From NCBI RefSeq assembly GCF_004010195.1, contig NC_057719.1, forward strand, positions 74,053,657 to 74,117,656: 64,000 bases of DNA. Direction: 5' to 3'. Position numbers and translations under genes: made by a program. Below, one piece after another: positions 23,773 to 35,872 of this stretch. The notes beneath the pieces were generated by a model. That model ran no database searches. It worked only from the letters and a program-made list of their open reading frames with translations, and was not told the DNA's origin. This stretch comes from Chiloscyllium plagiosum (lineage: Eukaryota). Every line of letters starts with the position of its first letter. The stretch's first letter is position 1.

Positions 23773-24741
23773 TAAATTGTTGAAGGGGCAGGAGTGAATA
23801 AATCAAAAAAAAATCCATGATTCCAAGAGAGAATTGATTAGGCATGAAGACCGAGTGGCGTAGTGAAACGTTTTGGAGTGTTTTGTGGAGAGCTTGCCTT
23901 GGTTCAACAGGTTAATAAACCTACTGATTTTCTAAAATAGCTCTTAGTTCCAGTGCACCAAGAAGGCACAGTGAGATGCCACCCTAATTCAGATTTCCCC
24001 CTAACACCTCGTTGAAAGTAGCATTTTTGAAAATTTGCGAATTCAGAATGTTGCAGGGCCTCTCCATTATTAGTCACCTATCTCCCATATTGTTGAGTGA
24101 CTATCATTGCTCGTACCATGTGGGTTCAGAGTAAGGTGGTGACTTTGTTACAACTGTTTATTTTTCAAGATTTTGCATGAGCAGATAGCTCATTGTTGAG
24201 TGTTCAGGTGAGGGTCATGATTCGCAGTGCATTTTCAAAATGCTCTTCAATGAAACATTTAACATGAAAAGGAAGTGAAACAAATCAAAGCTGTTGCCTG
24301 TCTGTCCTTTTCCCCTATTCTCTGTTTTTCATTCTCTCTCGTACCATCATTTCCATATAATCGCAAACGTTCGCTGCCGGTCTATTCAAATAATTGTCTC
24401 ATGCCTTTTTTGCAACTCCAGGTTTGACAGAAAGTGGTATGGTTTAATTTTATTTTTAAAATCTGTCATGTGATGAAGTTGTCATTTATCAGAACATTAA
24501 ACTCTGAATAAGCTGGCTCCACAAGCTAATATCCTATTGATGAATAAATTACCTTCCATAAAAAGTGAAGAATTATATTTAAAGCAAATGCTTGTTTTTC
24601 TTTTCACTGCTGTCAGCAGTACCTCTCTCCATGGACTCATTCGATTGTGAGTTCAAGTCCCATTCCTTGGATTTGATTAGGGTCTTATCCAAAACTTCAG
24701 TGGAGTACCAAGGGAGCTGTCTGAGCTAAGACGATTAAACA

Positions 24742-26435
24742 ACTCACTGGAGGAGAAAATCCTTGAATATCCCAGTCCTGAATGCTGGAAGAGCCCAACA
24801 CATCAGTGTAAAAGGTAAAACTGAAACTTTAGCAGCAATCTTCAGCCAGAAGTGTCGAGTGGATGTTTCATCTCAGCTTCCTCCAGTGGTCCCCAGCATC
24901 ACTGTCTTCAGCTAATTCAATTCACTCCATGTGATGTAAAGAAACAGTTGGAGGCATTGAATACCACAAAGGCTATGGGCCCTGAATCAGTTCTGGCAAT
25001 AGTACTAAAGAATTGTGCTCCAGAATTTGCCACTCCCCTAGCTGAGCTCTTCCAGTGTAGTTACAGCACTGCCTGAATGGTATGAAAAATTGCCCATATG
25101 TCTGTTCACACAGATCAGGATAAATCCAACCTGGCCAATTATCACCCCATCGGTCTGCTCTCATTTGTCAGTAAAGTGATGGAAGGTGCTATCAAGCAGC
25201 ACCTGCTCAGTGATACCCACTTTGGGTTCCACCAGAGCTACTCCGCTCCAGCCTCATTATAGCTGTGGGTCAAACATGGACAAAAGAGCTGAATTCCAGA
25301 GGTGAGCAGAGAGGCTGCATTTGACCAACTGTGGCATCAAGGAGCCCAAGCAAAACTGAAGTCATGGGTATCAAGGGGCAAACTCTCCGCTGGTTGGAGT
25401 CATACCTGGTTGGCACATAGGAAGATAGTTGTCTTTGCTGGCGATCAGTCATCTCTGCTCTAGTACATCTCTGCAGGAGTTCCTCAGGATAGTGTATTAG
25501 ACCAAGCCTCCTTCAGCTGCACCATCAATGATCGTCCCTCCACCTTAAGATCAGAAGTGGGAATGATTGCTGCTGATTACACAATATTCAGCATCATTCA
25601 CAACTCCCAGGGATAATGAAGCAGTCCACGTTCAAATGCAACAAGATCTGGACGATATCCAGGCTTGGACTGTCAAGTGGCAAGTAATATTCATGCCCCA
25701 CAAATGCCAAGCAATGGCCATCTCCAATAAGAGACAAACTAACCACTGCCCCTTAACATTCGATGGTCTCGCCATCACTGAATACCCTGCTATCACCATC
25801 TTGGGATTACCATTGACTAGAAACTCAACTAGGCTCGCCATAAAAACATTTTGGCTACAAAAGCAGGTCAGAGACTTGGAATAGTGCAGTGAGTAACTCA
25901 CCTCCTGACTCCCCAAAGCCTGTCCACCATCTACAAAGTACAAGTCAGGAGTGTGATGGAATACTTCCCACTTGCCCGGATGAGTGCAGTCCCAGTAACA
26001 CTGAAGAAGCTTGATACTGTCCAGGACAAAGCAGCTGCTTGACTCACACAACATCCACAAGCACCCACTCCCTCCACCATTGACGCTTAGTACACACTGC
26101 TGCTACTATCAACAAGATGCACTGTGGGAATTCACCAAAGATCCTTAGCACATTCCAAACACATGGCCACTTCCGTCTCGAAGGACAAAGGCAGTAAATG
26201 CATGGGAAGATAAGCACTTGCAAGTTCTCCTCTAAGCCACTCACTGTCCTGCCGTTCCTTCAATGTCACTGGGTCAAAATGGTGGAATCCCTCCCTAACA
26301 GCATTGTGAGTCAATCTATAGCACGTGAACTGCAGCAGTTCAAGAAGGAAATTCAACACCACCTTCTCAAGGGCAATTAGGGACAGACAATGCTTGCTAG
26401 CCAACAATGCCCATGTCTCCCAAGTGAATAAAGAA
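24742..26435 (+). mobile_element. Non-LTR retrotransposon (CR1-group family distinct from HER1), 5'-truncated RT fragment
   Basis: 'KAMGPESVLAIVLKNCAPEFATPLAELFQCSY', 'aattatcaccccatc' (NYxPI), 'gcaggagttcctcagg' (AGVPQ), 'QMQQDLDDIQAWTVKWQVIFMPHKCQAM'; A-rich 3' end. Confidence 0.9.
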
Positions 26436-26744
26436 GAATGAATTGTTGAAGGCTATATTATATAATAGCAAATGCATTTAATCGAGACAAGTGTGATATA
26501 TTTATTTTTAGGGAGGTTGCATATTACCTGGAAATAAGAGTATAAATATAGAGGAACAGAAATGTCTGGAAAACTGCAATGCCAGTTAATACCATCTAAA
26601 ACGAAACAGGTAAATCAAACAGTATGTTCAGTTCTAGTACTGAACAGGGAAGTTGAACTAAACACAGACTGAATCTTAGTTAGACCACACATTGATTGTT
26701 GTGTGCCCCGAGATATGTTGGCCCCCAAGAAACTAAATCAGGAA

Positions 26745-26960
26745 TTCGGCTAGAATTCTTTATCCAAACAGTGATGACAATTTGGAACTCGCCAGAGCAG
26801 GGATCGGAGGTGACTGGTATAGGTGCTTTTAAGGGGAACCTAGACAAACTTATGAGAGAGAAGGGAATAATTGGTGAGGTACGCTGTGAAGAAAGCTTGA
26901 GAGGAGGCTTGAGTGGAGCGTAAATGCTGGCATAGATTTTGTCCAAATGGTCTATTTTTA
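26745..26960 (+). mobile_element. Degenerate CR1 3' end
   Basis: 'EFFIQTVMTIWNSPEQ...IGAFKGNLDKLMREKGI'. Confidence 0.7.
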
Positions 26961-29270
26961 AGCTTTATCTTTGATGTAAATGAGTCGCTTAATGACAAAA
27001 CTAAGAAGCAATGCAGATTATTTGAACAAGGGCATGAAGCGAGATTGAAGGAAAAGGATACATCTGTCAATAATTTAAGCTCCATTACCTAGCATTCCTC
27101 AGCACACAATGTGCCACAAGCTCACAGTTCAAGGAAAAATATTAAATTATAGAAGATAAATTCTATTGTAGAGGAACACCACGCATGGTTTTGTTTCCGT
27201 ATCATGCTGGCCTTGTCTACAGCTGGAAACAAAACAATGTAAAGCATGGCAGCAGCATATTACACATGATCCAACAAGTGAGCCAGGTCCTTTGATCAGG
27301 CCCAATGGTATGATTGAAATGTAGTTGGTAATAAGTAAAGGAATGAATTGAATAACAGGAACAATACATGAACAAGCGCTGCAGCATATCCTTCATATCA
27401 CTCCAAGGAAAAATCTTAAGTATCACCGGAAAACAGCCCAACTACACAGATGATCGCTATATTCTGAAGTCAAGTGACAGTTTTTGAGTAATGTTCATAA
27501 CTTAGTTACAAATGCATCAGTCAGTAGTACCCTCCGAGAAGAATCAATAAAAATCCTTGGTCCTTTTGGCATAGTGCCTAGGAATGATGCATATTTGTGT
27601 TATGTTTGGCTAGCTGCCAATATTAAGGCAGTGTGACACTTAACTCCAAAGGGAGGAATGTCAACCACGTGCTTCTGAGAAGATGGACCTGCTTTTTCAA
27701 GCATTTGGGCATTTATTGCCACGTAAGTAGTTTCTCGTTAGAAATGTGTTCATGGGTTACTTATGACCACACTCTGTTTTCTAGGCATTTGTCATGAGTC
27801 CTGTTTTGACTATTGTATTTGCATTTTCATGTGCCAGGAAAACAAAATGGAGTTCCAAACTTTTAACATTTGAGGTACAAATTGCGTTATTAATTATTAT
27901 TTGAAATCTACAAAAATCCGGGTAATGAGTCTATTTCGTGCATTTCAAAGAAGCTTTCTCAAACCATTTTAGTGTCACTTTACCCTGCTCCATGTTTATA
28001 CTATCATCCTTTCCTCTAATGTTGAGGCAATATTAATTGATTCAAAATTGGAAGGGAAGTCCTGATGTACAAGAAGCTAATGGTCATGAAGTGTTGAATT
28101 GTCATGGAATTTTGGTGTTTTTGCATTCCTCTTCACTTGAAGGATTAGAGAATGCTTACAGGTCTTAATCAAAGTCATACCAATTGATTCATTTGCTGTT
28201 GTCATTCAAGAAGTTTCTTTTAAAAGCAATTATTGTAACCTTTATTGGAGGATTATCAAATTTTGATGGGGAAATAATTTCAATTTTTGGAGTTAGAATA
28301 AGGGAGAAATTTTTCAGCAAGGATAGTTACAGCATAAAATGGTTTACCACAATAAGTGGCTCAGATACACGCCATGCCATGCATTAAAAGAAAAGTCAGT
28401 GAATATCTAGGAGAAAGGTCTGGGCTTTTGGAAGAGAGAGATGATCATGGAATTGGTTTTAGATTTCAGTAACAAACAGCTAACATAAAGGCAGTGGTCT
28501 ATCTGCCATGCAAACATCTCTAGTTAGAAAATATATTTATGGTTTAATAGGAGTAACATTTATCTTAGCCAACAATGTTCGTACTTTAGCACAACTACAC
28601 CAGCTCATAATTGAACTCATAATGTGACTCATTTCTGCTTGTATAAACAACATACATCCATATGCTGCAAATAAAAGCAATATAGCCAAGTCAGTTTTTT
28701 TTTGTGACCTTGGAGCTTCAGAACCTATAGTTCCTTGTTGATATCATCATGGGAATATCTCAGCCAATCAGAGTTGACTTGCTGACCAATCCATTCCCTT
28801 GTCTCCTGTTGTATAATTTGTTGTGACTGTTTGTTTGAAATTTGGCCTTTTTATGGTTTATCGTGATGACTGTGAAATGGAAAGCTTTGGCAATTTTTTT
28901 TTAATTGAGCAATAATTTTTTTCTTACAGTTTCAATACAGTTTTTAACTATATTTAGACAAGGTTTTACAACATAAAAAGTGAGTTTTCAGTGGCAGTTG
29001 CGTTAATGATGTACCAGCCAATGTTCCAATACCAGAGTGCGATTAAGGATTACTTGGATGGAAAAAAGACATCTTTCTATGTTTTAAATTGTATGGGTCT
29101 CCAATTGCAAATGTTAGCTTGACGATATAAAATGAATACATGTTCATGTGCTGCACAATGGTTTCCGATTGATTATGTAACCAGTTTCCATTAATGATAC
29201 TTTGAGCACACTATTGATCCTTTTGATTATGTTAGAGGTGTTTCTCCATCAAACAAGATACACCTAACTA

Positions 29271-29400
29271 AGTTCTGAGGAAGAATCACTGGACCCGAAA
29301 CATGAATTCTGCTTTCGCTCCACAGATGCTGCCAGACCGACTGAGCTTTTCCAGCAATTTCTGTTTTTGTTTCAGATTCCCAGCATTTGCAGGTCTTTCG
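29271..29400 (+). mobile_element. Penelope-pLTR-derived short element (family C) with degenerate hammerhead
   Basis: 'agttctgaggaagaatcactggacccgaaacatgaattctgctttc...agatgctgccagacc'; paralogue of 59900-60035. Confidence 0.75.
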
Positions 29401-30468
29401 GCACCTAGCTAATTGCTTTGCGTAATATTATTGACTAGATTTTTGGACAAGACATTGTGGACCTTATTACATATGGATCAATTTCAGTGTCAAATCAGTA
29501 GCATCTGAGAAAGATAAAAGTTTACTGAGCAGGGTTGAGTATCTAAAATTGTCAGTGGGGCCAAATTCAGATTGCTATTTGTTGAGAAATATTCATGTAA
29601 GTAATTTGGCTTTAGCACAGTTATCATCGAAGGAATCACAATGCTGCCGCCTTTTGCTTTCTGTTCCTTTAGTTTAAATTTCTGTCAATGATTTCAGCAG
29701 AACATAGCAGTATTAGTGAAGAAAATTCTAAGCTGGTTCATGGTTGTAGTGCATCAAACTTGTGGCACAAAACCATTTTGGTATGTTTGTTTTTCAAGAG
29801 GCGTTTTCACAACAGTAAATCTGTTTATTTCACTCGTTGTGCAGAAGTTTTTCATGCTGCGAAGGCATTGCGTCTGATGACGTTCTGAGCTCAGGAAATG
29901 TCTGGATGCAGAAGGTCTGTGCTGAGTTACTGCTGAAAAGCAGCTGGGAATAAAATTCTCTCTGATATTCTTTTTAATAGCAGTAAAAATATGTTCATGA
30001 AGAAGCAGTGGGAATCCCATTGCAGTTGTCATCTCTGTGATGGTTTGAAACTTGAGCGTCTGGACACTGAACAATATGTCTGCATAATTGTACTCTGTTC
30101 ACTTATTTCTCTCAAGCAAGCCGTGAAGTCAGTTTTCCTCTGGGGAGAGTCAGTGCAAGCTCCATAGCTGGAATGAGGGAGTGTGAAATTCCGGAAGTCT
30201 GCATCATCTATCTGATGAACAACCCCTTTCTATTCTACCCTCTGTGAGGACCAAATGCATAACCACTGCTTTCAACAGGAGTAATAGCACGGCCAATGAT
30301 TTCTGACTGACTGAGCAATATCCATTGAAGAAAGAACAGTTTGTACTATAACCTGTAACAAACATGATATGCAAGTCCAAACAAGGTATGCATTTGTGTC
30401 ACTGACATTGGTGACTAATCCCATGGTCTATTACTTAAACCCTCTCATCTCTCAAAGTCATGGAATCA

Positions 30469-30680
30469 TATCATAGAATCCCTATAATACAGAAAGAAGC
30501 AATTCAGCCTATCAAGTCCATACAGCCCTCTGACAAGCACCCAATCCATACCCATAACCATGGTTAACCCACCTAACCTGCACATCCCTTGACACTATGG
30601 AACATTTTATTTTAAGCATGACCAATCCACTTAATCTGCACTTTAGACTATGGGAGGAAATCGGAGCAGACACAGGAAGT
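30469..30680 (-). mobile_element. Degenerate HE1-type SINE 3' part
   Basis: 'tcatagaatccctataatacag', 'cctaacctgcacatccc', 'gactatgggaggaaatcggagca'. Confidence 0.7.
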
Positions 30681-30721
30681 CATTAAAAGTTCTGACTGCA
30701 ACTGTGTGGATTAAGGCAAAG

Positions 30722-30918
30722 TTGCAAATAACATGACGCCAGGTTATAGTCCAACAGGGTTTATTTGAAAATACAAGCTTTCGATACAAGCTTTCGATAC
30801 AAGCTTTCGGACTGCTGCTCCTTCCCCAGGCAGCTAGCAACCCCTGTTGGACTATAACCTGGTATCATGTGATTTTCAACTTTATCCACCCCAGTCCAAC
30901 ACCCGGACTTCCACATTA
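30722..30918. mobile_element. Short fold-back Penelope-pLTR-derived element (family A) with 15-bp TSD
   Basis: Inverted 'ccaggttatagtccaacagg' / 'cctgttggactataacctgg'; perfect direct repeat TGGATTAAGGCAAAG at 30707-30721 and 30919-30933. Confidence 0.88.
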
Positions 30919-31907
30919 TGGATTAAGGCAAAGCATTTGGTTGTGATGAAGCACATCAGAAAATGTTTACGTCGTTTACATGCGTGAGCTGACAATTCCA
31001 TTGGAAATAGCGAAACATTTGGGGCAGAGGGAAGGTGTAGAGTGATCTGAGATGTCCCAGTGTTAGAGGGGATGATAGCACATTACCATTTAGGATTAAC
31101 CACATCCAAAGCCAGTGAGGAGTTCTGCTTCTGGCTTCAGGGAAAATGTATTTTTTCAAACCGTTGTATGAGGCGAAGTTATTCTCAGCAGTTTTGTGGC
31201 TCAAAGTTCAATAAAAATTGATCTTTTTAAAATTCCAATTCAATCAACCTGATTCTGGCTGAGTCTCTTTTTCCTCTTTTACTGTCTCTGTCCCCAGACC
31301 CACCCTCCCTCCTTCCTCTTCGCTCGCACTTTGAATGCGAGTAACCTGTAAGTACAGAGTTGTGCCTGTGAAAGACTGACTTGAATAGCATCCATAAGTT
31401 TTTACCCGTAATAACTGATTGCTCTGGCAGGTTTCCACAGTGGAGACGTTTAAAGAAATAACTGTGTCCTCGGCTAAGTCTTGGGGAGAGTTGGCGGGGA
31501 GTGTAATAATCAGTGATTGACCAGGGCTTTTTACCAATCACACAAGTGACTCCAAGGGTTGATATTTTTGTTTCCTGTGGGTGCTGCTGTTTATTTTGTA
31601 GCCTCATCTCCAAGCCCCTGTTGTGACTCTCCATCCTGGTCCACTTCTGTTGACTCAAGCCAACTTACTTTTTGTTGTCACACATTTTAAAATTGATAAA
31701 GCACTTGTTATTTAAAGTAAGTCTGCTCCCCTATAAAATTAAAAGGGAATCTGCTATTAATTCCTGACAGCAGTCACCCTTTATTGAAAGTTCACCCTTT
31801 ATTGGAAGTTTTGGGATTATTTTGTTTTGACGTAAATTTTCATTTCACTTTGCAGTTTATTAGATCTCCTATGATAGAGTGCCTGCAGTGAACAGAACAA
31901 TAATCAA

Positions 31908-32553
31908 GGGGTGACCTTATTGAGGTTTATAAAATCACTTATTGTTCAAGCATTCAGTATAGGAGTTGGGAGGTCATGTTGCAGCTGTACAGGGCATTGT
32001 TTAGGCCACTTTTGGAATATTGTGTGCAATTCTGGTCTCCCTCCCTATCGGAAGGACATTACAAAAGTTGAAAGGGTTCAGAAAAGATTTACAAGCCTGT
32101 TGCCAGAGTTGGAGGGTTTGGGCTAGAGGGAGACGCTGAATGGACTGGGGCTGCTTTCCCTGGAGCGTCTTGAGGCTGAGGGGTGACCTCTTGGATGTTT
32201 ATAAAATCATTTACAACATGGATAGGATAAATAGACAAGGTCTTTTCCCTCGGCCAGAGGAGTGCAGAACTAGAGGGCATAGGTTTAGGGTGAGAGGGGA
32301 AAGTTATAAAAGACATGTAAGGAGCAACTTTTTCATGCAGAGGGTGATATGTGTATGGAAATAAGCTGCCAGAGGAAGTTGTGGAGGCTGGTACAATTGC
32401 AACATTTAAAAGGCATCTGGGGTGGGTGTATGAATAAGAAGGGCTTAGAGGGATATGGGCCGGGTGCTGGCAAATGGGATGAGATTAGGTTAGGGTATCT
32501 GGTCAGCATGGACAAGTTGGACTGAAGTCCATGCTGTACATCTCTATGACTTT
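31908..32553 (+). mobile_element. CR1 (HER1-like) LINE 3' fragment
   Basis: 'YRKDITKVERVQKRFTSLLPELEGL', 'RLRGDLLDVYKI...RTRGHRFRVRGE'; tail 'catctctatgact'. Confidence 0.93.
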
Positions 32554-33273
32554 AAGTGTAGGTTCAGAGTGGTATAAGGATGCCAAGGCTACTGATTTAT
32601 TCGATGTTCATATCAGCTAGAACTCTTTTTTGTTGTCCTGTCTCTGCCTTACTAGTAAAGGAGTGGTCTAATCAGTAACTTTCTACTCTTTCTCAATTGG
32701 TTTGCAATTTAGGGAAGCAAACTGATCAATTTTGTCACAGTTGCGGAAGCCTTTCAGAATGGGGCTCAGTTATCAGCATGTGCCATCTGTCCACTCTCAT
32801 ATCAAACAATATTACTGGCAAATTGGCACTGTATCCGTGAACTGACAACTGTAAAAAGATAAACCTTTCTGCTCATTTTAAACTGCCTAAAATTAAATGC
32901 TTTCTTTCCAGAGAAATTGCAAAATTGCAAGCTCCTTAGATTTTGACAGATGACGGGAGCTGTTTAAAATCTGCATGGGCAGGCCCCATTGGGGAGAAGG
33001 TCCTGACGTCTTGAATGTGGATTTGGCTCAGCCCCAGTCAAGCACAAGAAGCACGAAATGTTTACCTACGTGCAAAATGTCTGCTGGAAAATTGTGAAGT
33101 AACACCATGACAAACACTACTAGTTTCTAGGGAGCAAGGCCTGGCGCCCCCAACTTAAATAAGACCTCTGTAGATTTTTCATTCTCATCTTCAGAAATCC
33201 CATTGTCAACCTCACGCATGTGAGGATTGTCTGTGTTTGTAAAAAAAAAAGTCATTTTTGTTTTATTTTACAG

Positions 33274-33313
33274 GCTCCCGAGTGAAACCAGCTCTTCGTT
33301 TCTGGATCATGTC
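33274..33313 (+). other. Candidate 40-nt host micro-exon (unverified)
   Basis: Strong acceptor 'tcatttttgttttattttacag|G', donor 'GTC|gtaggt', several CpGs in a CpG-poor background; two open frames (LPSETSSSFLDHV or SRVKPALRFWIMS); protein not recognised. Confidence 0.3.
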
Positions 33314-34319
33314 GTAGGTTGCAATGACCTTTTGCAATCACAATTAACAATTCAAAAATATGTGTTATACTTTAGGTACTCGTTTTTTTGCACTGTGTAT
33401 ACAAACAGAGAAGCACAATGTCTCAAATATTTGTTTTATCGCTGTTATGTTTTCTATTGATTAATCTCAACACTGAGAGATTAGAATCAGCCCCTCTTCC
33501 TGAAATGCCTTTGTAGTCTGAACTTTCACCAGCTTCACACTGAATTGAATTGTGTTATAACTTATCATTGGCAGTCATTCAATTTGGAATGACTTACATG
33601 AGAATTAACTCTGAGATCCCTATGTGTACCGACCATATAATACCAGAGGAATTACTAAACCACAGGGAATGGCAGCACTGAAGCTGCTTTGTTCCTTGCT
33701 GATCTTGTTCCAAAGGCAGTTTGTGAACAGAACATACATTGTGTGCTTTCTTGTTGAAGAGTAAACCTGAATTGACAGTGTCCTCTCAGACCACCAGACA
33801 GTGGGTAACAGCACAGCTCTTCAATTGCAGATTGTAAGACCGTGGGTTTGGTAAACCTGAGTGTAAAGATCTTTTTAAAACTGCTGTTGCTTGTCTAGTG
33901 ATTTTATAGTGATGACAAAAATTTCTGATGCACATATGGAGTAAATATTCATTTATCCCTTTGGCTGCAGCAGTATGTCAAACACCATGTAAATTGTATA
34001 GATTTCTCACAATGAAGGTCTCCTGGTAACTGATACATCAGCTGGAATATTTCCTTTTCTGTCCTGTGCCAGGACTTTAATAGAAACCTGAGCAGTCTCT
34101 ACATTTACTCAGTGATTCCTCTTAACACTGTGCTCCACTTTCTGTCACTTTTGAGTGTTAAGCTTGATGTTAGCCCAAAAAGTGGTATAAATCATTTGTA
34201 ATGTAATAACATTAAAGCACACATCCAGTGAGCATATTTAGACATATCTCATAGATCAATGATGGGAGTAGCATTGACTTATTGTGATTTTCATGCTTGA
34301 GAGTTCTGATGATTTGTAT

Positions 34320-35872
34320 AAGGGGTTTTTATCAATAAATTAAGGACAAAGGGGTAACTAGGGAGAGAATAGGGCCTCTCAAAGATCAGCAAGGTGGCAG
34401 GAGATGGGGGAGATACTAAAATAGTATTTTGCGTCAGTGTTTACTGTGGAAAAGGACATAGGAGATATAGAATGTAGAGAAATAGATGGTGATATCTTGA
34501 AAAATCTCTATATTAGAGAGGAGGAAGTGCTGGATGTCTTGAAACTCATAAAAGTGGGTAAATTCCCAGGACCTGATCAGCTGCACCATAGAATTCTGTG
34601 GGAAGCTAGAGAAGTGATTGCTAGGCCTCTTGCTGAGATATTTGTATCATTGATAGTCACAGGTGAGGTGCTGAAAAACTGGATGTTGGCTAACATGGTG
34701 CCACTATTTAAGAAGGGTAAGGACAAGCAGGGCAACTATAGACTGATGAGCTTGACATCAGTGGTGGGCAAGTTGTTGGAGGGAATCCTGAGGGCAGGAT
34801 GTACATGTATTTGGAAAGGCAAGGAGAGATTAGGGATAGTCAACATGGCTTTGTGCATTGGAAATCATGTCTCACAAACTTGATTGAGTTTTTTGAAAAT
34901 GTGTCAAAGTGAATTGGTGAGGGCAAAGCAGTAGATGTGATCTATATGGACTTCAGTAAGGCGTTCGACAAGGTTCCCTATGGGAGACTAGTTAGCAAGA
35001 TTAGATCTCATGGAATACAGGGAGAACTAGCCATTTGGATACAGAACTGGCTCAAAGGTAGAAGACAGAGGATGGTGGTGGAGGGTTGTTTTTCAGACTG
35101 GAGGCCTGTGACCAGTGGAGTGCCACAAGGATCTGTGCTGGGTCCACTACTTTTTGTCATTTATATAAATGATTTGGATGTGAGCATAAGAGGTATAGTT
35201 AGTAAGTTTGCAGATGACACCAAAACTGGAGGTGTAGTGGGTAGCAAAGAAGGTTACCTCCAATTACAATGGGATCTTAATCAGATGGGCCAATGGGCTG
35301 AGGAGTGGCAGATGGAGTTTAATTCAGATAAATGTGAGGAGCTGCATTTTGGGAAAGCAAATCAGAGCAGGACTTATACACTTAATGGTAAGGTCATGGG
35401 GAGTGTTGCTGAGCAAAGAGACCTTGGGGTGCAGGTTCATAGTTCGTTGAAAGTAGGGTCACAGGTAGATAGGATAGTGAAGAAGGTGTTTGGCATGCTT
35501 TCCTTTATTGGTCAGAGTATTGAGTACAGGAGTTGGGAGGTCATGTTGCAGCTGTACAGGACATTGGTTAGGCCACAGAACTAGAGGGCATAGGTTTCGG
35601 GTGAGAGGGGAAATATATAAAAGAGACCTAAGGGGCAAGATTTTCACGCGGAGGGTGGTACATGTATGGAATGGGCTGCCAGAGGAAGTGGTGGAGGCTG
35701 GTACAATTGCAACATTTAAAAGGCATTTGGATGGGTATATGAATAGGAAGGGTTTGGAGGGATATGGGCCAGGTGCTGACTAGATTGGGTTGGGATATCT
35801 GGTCGGAATGGATGGGTTGGACCAAAGAGTCTGTTTCCGTGATGTACATCTCTATGACTATGACTCTATGAC
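34320..35872 (+). mobile_element. CR1 (HER1-like) LINE, 5'-truncated, RT domain with internal deletion
   Basis: ORFs 34437-34883 and 34937-35584: 'KFPGPDQ', 'NYRLMSLTS', 'DFSKAFDKV', 'GVPQGSVLGPLLF', 'KFADDTK'; (CTATGA)n tail. Confidence 0.96.

Noticed and set aside
24170..24207. Acceptor/donor pair ending in CAG|gtgagg
   Set aside because: Stop codons in all three frames.
28720..28900. Repeat related in reverse orientation to ~36130-36200, with a possible decayed hammerhead (gtgatgac...gaaagctt)
   Set aside because: Too degenerate to assign helices; not counted among the ribozyme motifs.
30771..30809. Short direct repeats suggesting a CRISPR-like array
   Set aside because: A 13-bp tandem triplication without spacers in vertebrate DNA; no cas genes.
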